24,000 nt of DNA from Hyphomicrobiales bacterium (GTDB lineage: Bacteria; Pseudomonadota; Alphaproteobacteria; Rhizobiales; WTKA01): NCBI GenBank assembly GCA_011524605.1, contig WTKA01000098.1, positions 1 through 24,000 of the forward strand, in the 5' to 3' direction. Numbering within the stretch: the first letter of the stretch is position 1; every line of letters starts with the position of its first letter. Made by a program: the position numbers and the translations under genes. Shown here piece after piece: positions 1 through 9,488 of the stretch. The notes beneath the pieces are model-generated. The model was not told the DNA's origin. It ran no database searches and saw only the letters and a program-made list of their open reading frames with translations.

Positions 1-593
1 TCAATCGCTGTTGACCCTGTGGAGCGAACGCCCGAAACTTCTGGCGCAATTTGCGTCATTTCAGCAAAGAAATGCGGCAGGTTACCACGACCAAGGAAAG
101 GAATATTACAATTCACTAAACAGTCAGAAAGCTGCTTACGAGAAGACACACGCAAACGACGCTCGCGCGCATCAGCACCCATCACAAAACAACCAAAGCC
201 TTTTTCAGCAAAGAAAGTCTCATTTAAAATAGGGCAATGGGTCACCCCTGCAATCAATTCCCCTTGAAATTCTAAGGCAATATTGACGGCAAATAGCGGG
301 CTGCCATGAAGAAAATTCGTCGTGCCATCAAGCGGATCAATGATAAAGCGATGCTCTTCATCGGTTCCTTGAATAAAACCCGCTTCCTCAGAAAGAATTG
401 AGAATTTTGGGCGTGCATATTGTAATTCTTCGATCACAATTTTTTCAGCTCGTCGATCAGCAGCAGAAACAAAATCTGCAGGCCCTTTCACAGAAACCTG
501 TAGATGTTCAATTTCCCCAAAGTCACGGGTTAGAGAACGGCCTGCCTTTTCAGCAGCTTTAATCATGACAGACAGAATGGTAGAGGTACGCAT
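1..593 (-). CDS. suhB: Inositol monophosphatase family protein (SuhB-like). The N-terminal ~197 aa are in the window; the 3' end runs off the left edge.
   Basis: My manual reverse-complement translation from ATG (591-593) gives MRTSTILSVMIKAAEKAGRSLTRDFGEIEHLQVSVKGPADFVSAADRRAEKIVIEEL...FIIDPLDGTTNFLHG... with no stop down to base 1. The DPLDGTxNF metal-binding motif is typical of IMPase/SuhB. It is missing from the ORF track because no stop lies in the window. The + strand ORFs 11..232 and 19..267 are antisense artefacts. Confidence 0.85.
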   Translation of the reverse strand, partial: MRTSTILSVMIKAAEKAGRSLTRDFGEIEHLQVSVKGPADFVSAADRRAEKIVIEELQYARPKFSILSEEAGFIQGTDEEHRFIIDPLDGTTNFLHGSPLFAVNIALEFQGELIAGVTHCPILNETFFAEKGFGCFVMGADARERRLRVSSRKQLSDCLVNCNIPFLGRGNLPHFFAEMTQIAPEVSGVRSTGSTAI

Positions 594-643
594 ATATTTC
601 TCAGTTTATAATTAGTTCGCTATTTTTCAAACGGGGAGGAAGA

Positions 644-1210
644 TTAGCTGACGCGCTTAATGTAAGTCAGCTCATTTGTATCGACAATCACCTGCTCACC
701 AGCGGTCACAAAAGGCGGCACCATGATTTTCACACCATTTTCTAAAATGGCAGGCTTATAGGAAGAGGACTGGGTTTGCCCTTTAACAACGGCATCCGCT
801 TCCGCAATCGTGACCGTTACTTGTGTTGGCAAAGTTAAGCTAATTGGCTTGCCTTCATAAGATTCAATCTCAACTTCCATGCCATCTTGCAAGAAAGCGA
901 CGCTATCTTCGCCAACAAATTCTTTTTGCAGTTCAATCTGCTCGTAAGATTCACTATCCATAAATACGAGCATATCACCATCCGCATAAAGATAGGTGTG
1001 TTTACGCTGCTCAAGGCGAACACGTTCAACCGTTTCAGAAGAACGGAAACGCTCGTTTAGCTTTGTCCCCTCGGTAACATTTTTCAGCTCAACCTGCGCA
1101 AAAGCACCGCCCTTGCCTGGCTTCACATGTTGAATTTTTACAGCAACCCATAAACTATCACGGTGCATGATGACATTGCCGGGGCGAATTTCGTTACCAT
1201 TAATTTTCAT
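644..1210 (-). CDS. efp: Translation elongation factor P
   Basis: [12 protein letters not shown]...[16 protein letters not shown]...SSYKPA... is canonical EF-P over its full length. The track start at 1216 is TTG. The ATG at 1208-1210 has an AGGA Shine-Dalgarno 6 nt upstream and yields the usual MKINGNE N-terminus. Confidence 0.95.
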   Translation of the reverse strand: MKINGNEIRPGNVIMHRDSLWVAVKIQHVKPGKGGAFAQVELKNVTEGTKLNERFRSSETVERVRLEQRKHTYLYADGDMLVFMDSESYEQIELQKEFVGEDSVAFLQDGMEVEIESYEGKPISLTLPTQVTVTIAEADAVVKGQTQSSSYKPAILENGVKIMVPPFVTAGEQVIVDTNELTYIKRVS

Positions 1211-1218
1211 TTTCAATC

Positions 1219-2157
1219 CTATTGATTTTCAGCAAATGCAAGTTCTGAGAACCAAAGCTGAGCTTCTCTTTTTGCTTCATTTTGAACAGTGTTGTCTAAT
1301 GTTTGCACATAGCTGTCAAGCCATAGATCGCTTACACCATTTGCGCGCGCAATGAAATGATATTTTGCAGATAATTTACTATTTGCTTCCACACCAAGCC
1401 CTCTTGCATATAATCGTGCCAGTCTATTCATCGCAACAGGGCTACCTTGATCTGCGGCTTGTTGCAACCAAACAGAAGCAACTTGCGCATTTTGCGGCGT
1501 GCCTTCGCCTCGAAAAACCATAATGCCATATTCAACTTGGGCAGCGACAAGGCCATATTGCGCCGCCGTACCAATCAACTTAGCCGCTCTTTTTAAATCT
1601 TGGTTTATATTTTCACCCGATTTAAATAATAAGCCTAAAGTGAAATAAGCTTCTGCATAGCCTGCAACGGCAGATTTTTCAAAATATTCAAAAGCTAGAT
1701 CAAGATTTTTCTCAACGCCCTTGCCATTATAATAGGCAAGACCAATGTTATATTGTGCTGCAATGTGACCAAGTTTAGCTGACTGCTCAAATAAGCTTGC
1801 AGCCCTAACAATATCTTGTTCAACCCCTTGTGCTTCGGCATACATGAGGCCAAGAGCAAACATGGCTTCTTTATTGCCATTCGCTGCAGCGATCTCAAAC
1901 CATTCGGCTGCTTTTTTTTCATCTTGCGGTACACCAAATCCTTCAGAATAGAGCATGCCTAAAAGCGCCTGTGCAGCGCCATCATTTTCTTCAGCTTTTT
2001 CTAAAGCCACTTCAAGCGCGGTCAGATAATAACCTCGTTGAAAGGCGCCATAAGCGCGATCTAGCTTTTTATCAAGCAAATTATCCTGCGCTAAACTCTG
2101 ACTATGGGAAAAAGTAAAAAAGCCTGCAAGGATCGCAAATAACAGTATAAATTTCAT
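1219..2157 (-). CDS. Secreted/periplasmic Sel1-like repeat (SLR) protein
   Basis: The N-terminus [20 protein letters not shown] looks like a signal peptide. It is followed by repeated ~36-aa units of the Sel1 pattern (A..W...AA..G...A...LG.MY..G.GV..D...A). The stop is 8 nt upstream of the efp ATG. Confidence 0.8.
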   Translation of the reverse strand: MKFILLFAILAGFFTFSHSQSLAQDNLLDKKLDRAYGAFQRGYYLTALEVALEKAEENDGAAQALLGMLYSEGFGVPQDEKKAAEWFEIAAANGNKEAMFALGLMYAEAQGVEQDIVRAASLFEQSAKLGHIAAQYNIGLAYYNGKGVEKNLDLAFEYFEKSAVAGYAEAYFTLGLLFKSGENINQDLKRAAKLIGTAAQYGLVAAQVEYGIMVFRGEGTPQNAQVASVWLQQAADQGSPVAMNRLARLYARGLGVEANSKLSAKYHFIARANGVSDLWLDSYVQTLDNTVQNEAKREAQLWFSELAFAENQ

Positions 2158-2234
2158 ATTTTAGCCTGAATATAGTCAATTTAATTGGCTTAGTTTTGCT
2201 TTATTATATGTCAATTTCAAGATTTTTTTGCCCA

Positions 2235-2993
2235 TTAATCACTTGATTCAGTGGGTTGAGGCGCTGATCGTATAGCATAAATCTCTTGGCATAGCGTATC
2301 AAAATGATTGATAGCTTCAGCGGAAAATTCTTTTTTAATATTTTCAATTGAGAAAAGCGCGAAATCAGCACCCGCCATAGCAATATTTTTTAGTTCTTCT
2401 TCATTTTTAAACTGGACAACACTAGGCACCTCAACCATTTCGCTCCACCAATGCACCATAGCATAATCTTCGCTGTCATCATTTAGCCAAATATAAGCTG
2501 CCCCCATTTCAGAGGCTACTAATGCTTTTTCTAAACTCTCTGTAGGGCCAAAGCCAAAATATTCTTCTTCCGATAAATGCTCTTGCAATTCCTCAATTTC
2601 AGGAACTTTTGAGGCTCTTGGTGCTTCCTCATCTTCATTTTGTGGCGGATGCAAGGCAAAGTCCAATAAATTCACCCCATCAAAATAGGGAAAATTTTCA
2701 CAATATTTTTCGTCAATAACAACAGCCATACCTTGATTGCGCAAACGCATGGCAAGGGTTGCTGCCGCCTGAATTTGTGTCTCAATATACTCATCTGGTA
2801 ATTCAATTAAAGCAACAGGACTAATATTGGCACATGCATCAATAACATCAATTGTTAAAGCCTCAATATCCTCCAATATTAGGCTATCCAATGTGAAACG
2901 AAGCATGATTTGCGTCTTCACAATATCTTGGATTGGGCGATTGTCTTTTTTACTACCGCGCTTTTGTCCGCCTCTGCTTTTTCTCTTTGCCAT
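2235..2993 (-). CDS. TenI/ThiE-like (thiamine-phosphate synthase superfamily) protein, divergent
   Basis: From memory, the motifs HWWSEMVEVPSVV and GADFALFS and the overall layout resemble the thiamine-phosphate-synthase-like proteins found next to fba in Rhizobiales. ATG start with AAGG 6 nt upstream. The assignment rests on recollection, not an alignment. Confidence 0.45.
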   Translation of the reverse strand: MAKRKSRGGQKRGSKKDNRPIQDIVKTQIMLRFTLDSLILEDIEALTIDVIDACANISPVALIELPDEYIETQIQAAATLAMRLRNQGMAVVIDEKYCENFPYFDGVNLLDFALHPPQNEDEEAPRASKVPEIEELQEHLSEEEYFGFGPTESLEKALVASEMGAAYIWLNDDSEDYAMVHWWSEMVEVPSVVQFKNEEELKNIAMAGADFALFSIENIKKEFSAEAINHFDTLCQEIYAIRSAPQPTESSD

Positions 2994-3021
2994 TTTTTAC
3001 CTTGCACTATCGCCCTATTTT

Positions 3022-3054
3022 ATAAAAGAAAAGGGCAGCTTATTTACTGCCCTT
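3022..3054 (-). terminator. Rho-independent terminator downstream of fba
   Basis: Perfect 8-bp stem AAGGGCAG (3031-3038) / CTGCCCTT (3047-3054) with an 8-nt loop. On the minus strand it is followed by TTCTTTTATAAAAT. It lies 34 nt past the fba stop. Confidence 0.65.
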
Positions 3055-3087
3055 ATAAAACATCTTAGTATAAAAACAAGCGAAAGA

Positions 3088-4098
3088 TTATACCGCTTCC
3101 ATATCCGCTTGCCACTCGCCTTTGGAGGCAAGGCCATTCATTTTAGCCCGATGGAAAAAAGCAGCGGCGGCTTTCGCTTCATTTTCAACCTCACCAGCCC
3201 AAGCTTTTAAAGCTGCTGCTTGTAAAGCGCGCCCATAAGAATAGGTCAAATTCCATGGCATGTCATAGCTAGCATTCATAGCATTAAGATGAGCCGTTGC
3301 CTCAATATCAGACTGACCGCCCGAAAGAAAAGCAATGCCAGGTACAATTGAAGGGACATGTTGCTTTAAACATTTCACAGTTTTCTCAGCCACTTCATCG
3401 ACACTGGCTTGTGTCGTGCATTTTTTGCCAGAAACAATCATATTAGGCTTTAATACAATTGCGCTAAGGTCAACACGGGCATCAAAAAGCTCTTGAAACG
3501 TTGTTTGAAGCACGAATGAAGTCACATCAAAACAGCGGTCAATCGTGTGATCACCATCCATCAAAACTTCTGGTTCAACAATGGGCACAATGCTATTTTC
3601 CTGACAAAGTGCTGCATAGCGCGCTAATGCATGGGCATTGGCCTTAACAGCGCCCCAAGTTGGGAGACCTTCTGCAATATCAATTACCGCACGCCATTTT
3701 GCAAATTTTGCTCCTTGTTCACGATAGGCTTCAAGACGCTCCCGCAAGCCGTCTAGCCCCTCTGTAACGGTTTCCCCTGGATGGCCTGCAAGAGGCTTTG
3801 CCCCCTTGTCTACCTTGATCCCTGGAATGCTGTCAGCTGCTTTAATAAGTTCAACAAGAGACTGATCATTCTTTGCTTTTTGACTCAGCGTTTCTTCAAA
3901 TAAGATAACGCCAGAGACATAATCTTGCATCGCATTCTTTGTTGAAAACAACATTTCGCGATAATCTCTACGATTGATCTCATTATTTTCAACATTAATA
4001 CTGTCAAAGCGCTTTTTAATGGTAGCTGTGCTTTCATCCGCTGCCAAAATACCTTGGCCTTTACGAACCATATCGATAGCGACTTGCTGAAGTGTCAT
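3088..4098 (-). CDS. fba: Fructose-bisphosphate aldolase, class I
   Basis: GILAADESTATIKKRF and the Schiff-base lysine context VLKPNM match eukaryote-type class I aldolase. The track start at 4113 is TTG. The ATG at 4096-4098 (MTLQQ...) has GAGG about 8 nt upstream. Confidence 0.9.
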   Translation of the reverse strand: MTLQQVAIDMVRKGQGILAADESTATIKKRFDSINVENNEINRRDYREMLFSTKNAMQDYVSGVILFEETLSQKAKNDQSLVELIKAADSIPGIKVDKGAKPLAGHPGETVTEGLDGLRERLEAYREQGAKFAKWRAVIDIAEGLPTWGAVKANAHALARYAALCQENSIVPIVEPEVLMDGDHTIDRCFDVTSFVLQTTFQELFDARVDLSAIVLKPNMIVSGKKCTTQASVDEVAEKTVKCLKQHVPSIVPGIAFLSGGQSDIEATAHLNAMNASYDMPWNLTYSYGRALQAAALKAWAGEVENEAKAAAAFFHRAKMNGLASKGEWQADMEAV

Positions 4099-4127
4099 AT
4101 GTCTGCCTCGCAAATAAAATAGTTATG

Positions 4128-4155
4128 GAGAAATAGGGGAATAAACCTATTTCTC
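4128..4155 (-). other. Intercistronic hairpin between pgk and fba (possible attenuator or mRNA-stabilising element)
   Basis: 10-bp inverted repeat GAGAAATAGG (4128-4137) / CCTATTTCTC (4146-4155) with an 8-nt loop. On the minus strand it is followed by CATAACTATTTTATTTG. The stem is AT-rich, so its function is uncertain. Confidence 0.3.
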
Positions 4156-4167
4156 TATTTAAACTAA

Positions 4168-5361
4168 TTATTTTAGTAAAGCCTTAACACCAGGCAATTC
4201 TTTTCCTTCCATCCACTCCAGAAAAGCGCCGCCAGCGGTTGAAATATAAGTCATATCTTGAGAAACGCCCGCTTGGTTTAGCGCTGCCACCGTGTCACCG
4301 CCACCCCCAACGGCAACAAGCTTATCTTCTTTGCATAGCGCCGCAATTGTCTTGGCAATCGTTATTGTTCCATTATCAAATGGCTTCATCTCAAAAGCGC
4401 CGAAAGGACCATTCCAAATTAAAGTCGCACAATCGTTCAATTTATTGATAATAGCTTCAATTGTTTGCTCGCCAATATCAAGCACCATTTCGTTACTCTC
4501 AATTGTATCAATATCACCAGAACGGTTTGGCGCATTTTCAGCAAAGTCAGTTGCCATAACAACGTCCACAGGCAATATAATCTCGCAACTATTTTTTTCT
4601 GCTAAATCAAAAACATTTTTTGCTGTATCAATTAAATCTGCTTCATGGAGTGATTTACCCATTGGCTTGCCTTGTGCAGCAAGAAAAGTATTCGCCATAC
4701 CCCCACCAATGATGAGCATATCAACCTTTTCAACAAGATGCGTAAGAACGCTTAATTTTGTAGAGACTTTTGCACCGCCCACAATTGCAGCTACCGGTGT
4801 TTTGGGAGCACCAAGAGCATTTTCTAATGCTTCAAGCTCTGCCTGCATACTGCGTCCTGCAAAAGCTGGTAAATGATGGGCAAGCCCTTCTGTTGATGCA
4901 TGGGCACGATGAGAAACTGAAAAGCCATCATTCACATAAAGGTCCGCAAAAGATGCCAATTTTTTAGAAAATGATGCATCATTTTTTTCTTCGCCAGGAT
5001 AGATGCGAATATTCTCCAACAATAAAATATCGCCATTTGATAAGCTATTGAGATCATCTTCAATATCAAGCGCGCCTTCATCCGCAGCAAAGGCAACTTT
5101 TTGCCCTAATGCTTGTTCAAGAGCAGGAATAACAGCCTTTAAACTCAATTCAGGAACAAATTGCCCTTTTGGTCGACCAAAATGTGCTAAAAGAATTATT
5201 TTTGCCCCTTTGTCAGACAATTCCTTAATTGTTGGCGCAACTGATTTTATACGCGTATCATCTGTAACGCGCCCGTCTTGCATTGGGACATTAAGATCTA
5301 CACGCACTAAAACACGCTGGCCCGCTGGATTAATATCATCTAGGGTTTTAAAATTTTGCAT
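4168..5361 (-). CDS. pgk: Phosphoglycerate kinase
   Basis: Full-length PGK with RVDLNVP, HFGRPKG, the hinge region and C-terminal GGGDT/STAGGAFLE motifs. Confidence 0.97.
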   Translation of the reverse strand: MQNFKTLDDINPAGQRVLVRVDLNVPMQDGRVTDDTRIKSVAPTIKELSDKGAKIILLAHFGRPKGQFVPELSLKAVIPALEQALGQKVAFAADEGALDIEDDLNSLSNGDILLLENIRIYPGEEKNDASFSKKLASFADLYVNDGFSVSHRAHASTEGLAHHLPAFAGRSMQAELEALENALGAPKTPVAAIVGGAKVSTKLSVLTHLVEKVDMLIIGGGMANTFLAAQGKPMGKSLHEADLIDTAKNVFDLAEKNSCEIILPVDVVMATDFAENAPNRSGDIDTIESNEMVLDIGEQTIEAIINKLNDCATLIWNGPFGAFEMKPFDNGTITIAKTIAALCKEDKLVAVGGGGDTVAALNQAGVSQDMTYISTAGGAFLEWMEGKELPGVKALLK

Positions 5362-5432
5362 TTTGCTATCCGCTCGCTTTTATTTGAAACTGATTTGCTC
5401 AGCCTATTTGTTTAATTTATGGGCTCTATAGC

Positions 5433-5460
5433 AAGAAGGGCCTTAATAAAGACCCTTCTT
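5433..5460. other. Hairpin in the gap-pgk spacer
   Basis: AAGAAGGG (5433-5440) / CCCTTCTT (5453-5460) with a 12-nt loop. The T-run (TTCTTGATTT) lies on the plus-strand side, antisense to the operon. Confidence 0.25.
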
Positions 5461-5468
5461 TTCTTGAT

Positions 5469-6470
5469 TTAAATGAGCTTGCCCATGGCAACGGCTGTAT
5501 CAGCCATTCGGTTTGAGAAGCCCCATTCATTATCATACCATGTTAAAATACGGCACATACGACCGTCCATCACTTTGGTTTGATCCATATGGAATACAGA
5601 AGAATGAGGGTCATGATTAAAGTCAATAGAAACAAGCGCTTCATTGGTATAGCCTAAAACACCATTCAGCTCGCCTTCAGATGCTTTTGCAATAGCTGCA
5701 TTTATTTCTTCAACACTTGTATCACGCGATGCCATGAATGTTAGGTCAACAACAGATACATTCGGCGTTGGGACACGAATAGCAACACCATCCAGCTTAC
5801 CATTAAGCTCAGGAAGAACAAGACCAACAGCTTTTGCAGCGCCTGTTGAAGTTGGGATCATGCTTGATGCAGCTGCACGTGCACGGTATAAATCCTTGTG
5901 CATTGTATCAAGCGTTGGCTGATCCCCTGTGTAAGAGTGGATCGTTGTCATAAAGCCTTTTTCAATGCCAATAGCATTGTTTAAAACATATGCTACAGGC
6001 GACAAGCAATTAGTCGTGCAAGAAGCGTTAGAGACAACAATATCGTCTTTAGTCAATGCGCTATCATTTACGCCATATACAATTGTTTTATCTGCACCTG
6101 ATGCTGGCGCTGAAACAAGAACACGCTTAGAGCCATTTTTAAGATGAAGAGAAGCTTTTTCTTTTGAAGTAAAAATACCCGTGCATTCTAGTGCAACATC
6201 CACATCACCCCAAGGCAAATCTTCTGGATTGCGGATCGCTGTTACTTTAATTGGCCCCTGCCCCACATCAATCGTGTCGCCATCAACTGTCACAGTGCCT
6301 GGGAATTTTCCATGAACTGAATCATAGCGCATAAGATGTGCATTTGTTTCCACAGGGCCTAGGTCATTAATTGCGACCACCTTTATGTCATTACGACCTG
6401 ATTCCATAATGCCACGAAGAACATTCCGGCCAATGCGGCCAAATCCATTAATTGCAACTTTAATAGTCAT
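5469..6470 (-). CDS. gap: Glyceraldehyde-3-phosphate dehydrogenase (type I)
   Basis: [12 protein letters not shown]-binding motif, active site [10 protein letters not shown]-terminal [12 protein letters not shown] with AAGGGA upstream. Confidence 0.97.
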   Translation of the reverse strand: MTIKVAINGFGRIGRNVLRGIMESGRNDIKVVAINDLGPVETNAHLMRYDSVHGKFPGTVTVDGDTIDVGQGPIKVTAIRNPEDLPWGDVDVALECTGIFTSKEKASLHLKNGSKRVLVSAPASGADKTIVYGVNDSALTKDDIVVSNASCTTNCLSPVAYVLNNAIGIEKGFMTTIHSYTGDQPTLDTMHKDLYRARAAASSMIPTSTGAAKAVGLVLPELNGKLDGVAIRVPTPNVSVVDLTFMASRDTSVEEINAAIAKASEGELNGVLGYTNEALVSIDFNHDPHSSVFHMDQTKVMDGRMCRILTWYDNEWGFSNRMADTAVAMGKLI

Positions 6471-6579
6471 TTCAAATTCCCTTTTCCAACCTTAAAGCCC
6501 TATCTCAAATAATAGAACTCATAAAACTGCCATTATAAATAATATAAATCTTAGGCCGAAACCAATACTTATATTATAT

Positions 6580-8565
6580 TTATTGCGCCAAACGCTTTGT
6601 TACCTGCGCAACGACTTGCTCGGCTGTAATGCCAAAATGCTCATAGAGCTCTTTATAAGGGGCACTTGCACCAAAGCTATCCATGCCAATGAAGATGCCA
6701 TCTGAACCAATAATTTGATCCCAACCCTGACGAATTGCGGCTTCAATGCCTACTTTAATGCTAGCATCTCCAATAATATCCTGTCTGTAGCCTTCTGACT
6801 GCTTTGCAAATAATTCAAAGCATGGCACAGAAACCACACGAGCGGCGATATCTTTTTCTTCAAGTAAATCAGCTGCTGCTAGGGCAATTTCAACTTCAGA
6901 GCCCGATGCAAAAATAGAAATAACAGCATCTCTATTTTCACGAACAGCATAAGCACCTTTTGCAGTAAGAACATCATCGCTACTTTGCGTTCTAACCGCT
7001 GGTAAATTCTGACGCGTTAGAACAAGAATAGAAGGGCCTGTTTGATTTTCAGATGCAAGCTGCCAACATTCGGAAGTCTCAATCAAATCAGCTGGTCTAA
7101 ACACAGCAACATTAGGGATTGCTCTTAATGCCGCTAAATGTTCCACTGGTTGGTGTGTTGGCCCATCTTCACCAAGACCAATCGAATCATGGGTAAATAC
7201 ATAAACAACTCGCTGCCCCATTAAAGCAGAAAGACGAATTGAAGGACGGCAGTAGTCAGAAAAGACTAAGAAAGTACCGCCATATGGATAAACACCGCCA
7301 TGCAATGCCATACCGTTCATAGCAGCCGCCATTGCATGTTCGCGAATACCATAATGTACATAACGCCCTGAATAGTCATCGCTGTTAAAAATACCAAGAT
7401 CTGCTGTCTTTGTGTTATTAGATCCTGTTAAATCCGCAGAGCCACCCACCGTTTCTGGTAAAATTTCATTAAGATGACCAAGGACAATTTCAGAGCTTTT
7501 GCGTGTTGCAAGCGCCTTTTGATCCTCATATAATTCTTCGCGTGCTTTTTGCATTTGAGATGCAAAAGACTGGGGCAATTCGCCACTAATGAGACGTTCA
7601 AATGTTGCTTTTTTATCCGCATCTAAAGAATCAAGTCGCTTTTCCCAAGCTTTTCTATCCGAACAATTTTTTAATGCAGCCATGCGCCATGCATCTAAGA
7701 CATCATTAGGAATTTCAAAAGGCTCATGAGACCAGCCTAGAGCTGCACGCGTCGCTGCGATTTCTTCATCACCAAGCGGTGCACCATGCACCCCTGATGT
7801 ACCTTCTTTATTTGGAGACCCAAAGCCAATCTTTGTTTTACAAGCAATTAAAACAGGCTTATCACTTTTCTTTGCCTTTTCAATCGCTTTACTTATCGCT
7901 TCTGGATCATGTCCATCAATCGTTTGCGTTGACCAACCAGCTGCCTTAAATCTTAGAATTTGATCGCCTGATTCAGAAATAGAAATAGGCCCATCAATCG
8001 ATATGCCATTATCATCAAATAAAACAATAAGCTTATTTAACTTTAAATGACCTGCAAGAGAAATAGATTCTTGTGAAATACCTTCCATAAGATCACCGTC
8101 ACTTGCAAACACATAAGTATGATGATCGACAATATCATCCCCATAATCAGCATTTAACTTACGTTCTGCCATCGCCATACCAACAGCAGTTGCCAGCCCT
8201 TGTCCCAAAGGACCTGTCGTTGTTTCAATGCCCAAAGCATGACCATATTCAGGATGACCTGCGGTTTTCGATCCCAGTTGACGGAAATTTTTAAGCTCTG
8301 ATAATGTCATATCAGAATAGCCAAGCAAATAATGCAGCGCATAAAGCAGCATTGACCCATGACCTGCTGAAAGGATAAACCGATCCCTATCGGCCCAATC
8401 TGGAACAGTTGGGTCTATTTTTAAAAATTGCGTAAAAAGCACAGTTGCAACATCAGCCGCACCCATAGGCAATCCCGGATGACCCGACTTTGCCGCTTGC
8501 ACAGCATCAATACTTAAAAAACGAATTGCATTTGCCAAATCATGATGATTGATTTTCTGAGCCAT
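6580..8565 (-). CDS. tkt: Transketolase
   Basis: 661 aa. Motifs: [14 protein letters not shown], the ThDP motif [10 protein letters not shown]...NGISIDG, and [16 protein letters not shown]. Confidence 0.97.
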   Translation of the reverse strand: MAQKINHHDLANAIRFLSIDAVQAAKSGHPGLPMGAADVATVLFTQFLKIDPTVPDWADRDRFILSAGHGSMLLYALHYLLGYSDMTLSELKNFRQLGSKTAGHPEYGHALGIETTTGPLGQGLATAVGMAMAERKLNADYGDDIVDHHTYVFASDGDLMEGISQESISLAGHLKLNKLIVLFDDNGISIDGPISISESGDQILRFKAAGWSTQTIDGHDPEAISKAIEKAKKSDKPVLIACKTKIGFGSPNKEGTSGVHGAPLGDEEIAATRAALGWSHEPFEIPNDVLDAWRMAALKNCSDRKAWEKRLDSLDADKKATFERLISGELPQSFASQMQKAREELYEDQKALATRKSSEIVLGHLNEILPETVGGSADLTGSNNTKTADLGIFNSDDYSGRYVHYGIREHAMAAAMNGMALHGGVYPYGGTFLVFSDYCRPSIRLSALMGQRVVYVFTHDSIGLGEDGPTHQPVEHLAALRAIPNVAVFRPADLIETSECWQLASENQTGPSILVLTRQNLPAVRTQSSDDVLTAKGAYAVRENRDAVISIFASGSEVEIALAAADLLEEKDIAARVVSVPCFELFAKQSEGYRQDIIGDASIKVGIEAAIRQGWDQIIGSDGIFIGMDSFGASAPYKELYEHFGITAEQVVAQVTKRLAQ

Positions 8566-8827
8566 TCTGCTTAAAACCTTAAACTGTTGATATAAAAACT
8601 ATTGCAATAAGAATAATCGATATTATTTTTGCATTTTCCTACAATTCCCTAATCCGCAGAGCATCAAGAGTCAATTATCTTCCTACATAAGTTTTGAAAT
8701 TCAATATAAAACGTACAAAATCCTCCCCTTACCCTTAATCAGCCTGTGCATAAATAATGAACAGGACTTTATAAATAAAGATAAGACGCGTAAATTACAT
8801 TTTAAAATAATTTTTAGAAGGCGTTTT

Positions 8828-9442
8828 ATGTTGGCCGATGCCAAAGATCCAAATTCAGCAGCTTTAGATGTTCGTGCCGCTATGGCACGGGTCGATTCCG
8901 CTTTGCATAGACTTGCGCAAAAAGTAGAAGTAACAAGCTTTAAAAATATAACCAATGAAGAGCTGAATCAAATACAAAAAGAACATCGCAAGCAAGTTGA
9001 GCAATATCATTATGAGATAAGCCATCTTCAACAAGTGAATTCAGAATTAGAATTACAAAAAAATGAGTCCCTGAACTTACAAAAATCACTTGAAGAAAAA
9101 ATTGAGCAACTTGATATGCTTAGGGCAGATTTAAATCAACGCAATACAGAATTAAACGAGCAAAATGCTGAGCTCAATATCCATAATAGTGATCATAATA
9201 AAAAGCTAACGAGCTTAGAGCATGAAAATGATGAGCTAAAACAAAGAAATCTTGATTTAAATGATCATAACGCTCAACTTAATCATCATAATGCAGAATT
9301 AAATAAGCGGGTAACAGAGCTTAATGAAGATGTTAATAGTCTTAAAGATAGAAATAACGAGTTAGAACAGGCGTTGCCTACTGCGATGGAAAAAGTGGAA
9401 ATGGCAATTAAAGCTATTGAAGAAAGCTTGCATGATGTATAA
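8828..9442 (+). CDS. DUF4164/ZauP-like coiled-coil protein (ZapA partner), expanded
   Basis: It sits immediately upstream of zapA, as DUF4164/ZauP does in alphaproteobacteria. The N-terminus (AALDVRAAMARVDSALHRLAQKVE) resembles that family from memory. The rest is continuous heptad coiled coil. AGAAGG lies 8 nt upstream of the ATG. Confidence 0.6.
   Translation: MLADAKDPNSAALDVRAAMARVDSALHRLAQKVEVTSFKNITNEELNQIQKEHRKQVEQYHYEISHLQQVNSELELQKNESLNLQKSLEEKIEQLDMLRADLNQRNTELNEQNAELNIHNSDHNKKLTSLEHENDELKQRNLDLNDHNAQLNHHNAELNKRVTELNEDVNSLKDRNNELEQALPTAMEKVEMAIKAIEESLHDV
9128..9379 (+). repeat. In-frame degenerate 21-bp tandem array (12 heptads, consensus E-L-N-x-x-N-x)
   Basis: Read directly from the sequence: DLNQRNT ELNEQNA ELNIHNS DHNKKLT SLEHEND ELKQRNL DLNDHNA QLNHHNA ELNKRVT ELNEDVN SLKDRNN ELEQALP. 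Confidence 0.8.
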
Positions 9443-9488
9443 TATATGTAAGCCTTATAAATATAAGAATATTATAAAGAGGTGATCG

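Noticed and set aside
4292-5431. Long plus-strand ORFs (194 aa at 4292..4876; 142 aa at 5003..5431) antisense to pgk. Similar antisense or shadow ORFs occur at 2827..3210, 835..1029, 1695..1937, 7428..7622, 14649..14867, 16042..16275 and 17611..19129, among others.
   Set aside because: They lie entirely within, or mostly overlap, strongly supported conserved genes on the other strand. Their compositions are Ser/Pro/Ala/Cys-skewed and low-complexity, as is typical of antisense frames, and they lack RBSs.
6536-6582. AT-only inverted repeat (TAAATAATATAAA ... TTATATTATATTTA) overlapping the tkt stop codon
   Set aside because: The pairing is all A:T with a 2-nt bulge and a 20-nt loop, which is thermodynamically weak. 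It cannot be distinguished from chance symmetry in AT-rich spacer DNA.
8802-8816. CtrA-like motif TTAA-N7-TTTA just upstream of the ZauP-like/zapA genes
   Set aside because: There is one mismatch in the second half-site, and the surrounding sequence is almost pure A/T, so such matches are expected by chance.
8701-8955. 84-aa minus-strand ORF in the tkt / ZauP-like divergent region
   Set aside because: It overlaps the start of the better-supported plus-strand coiled-coil gene. It has no RBS and an odd Cys/Leu/Lys-rich composition.
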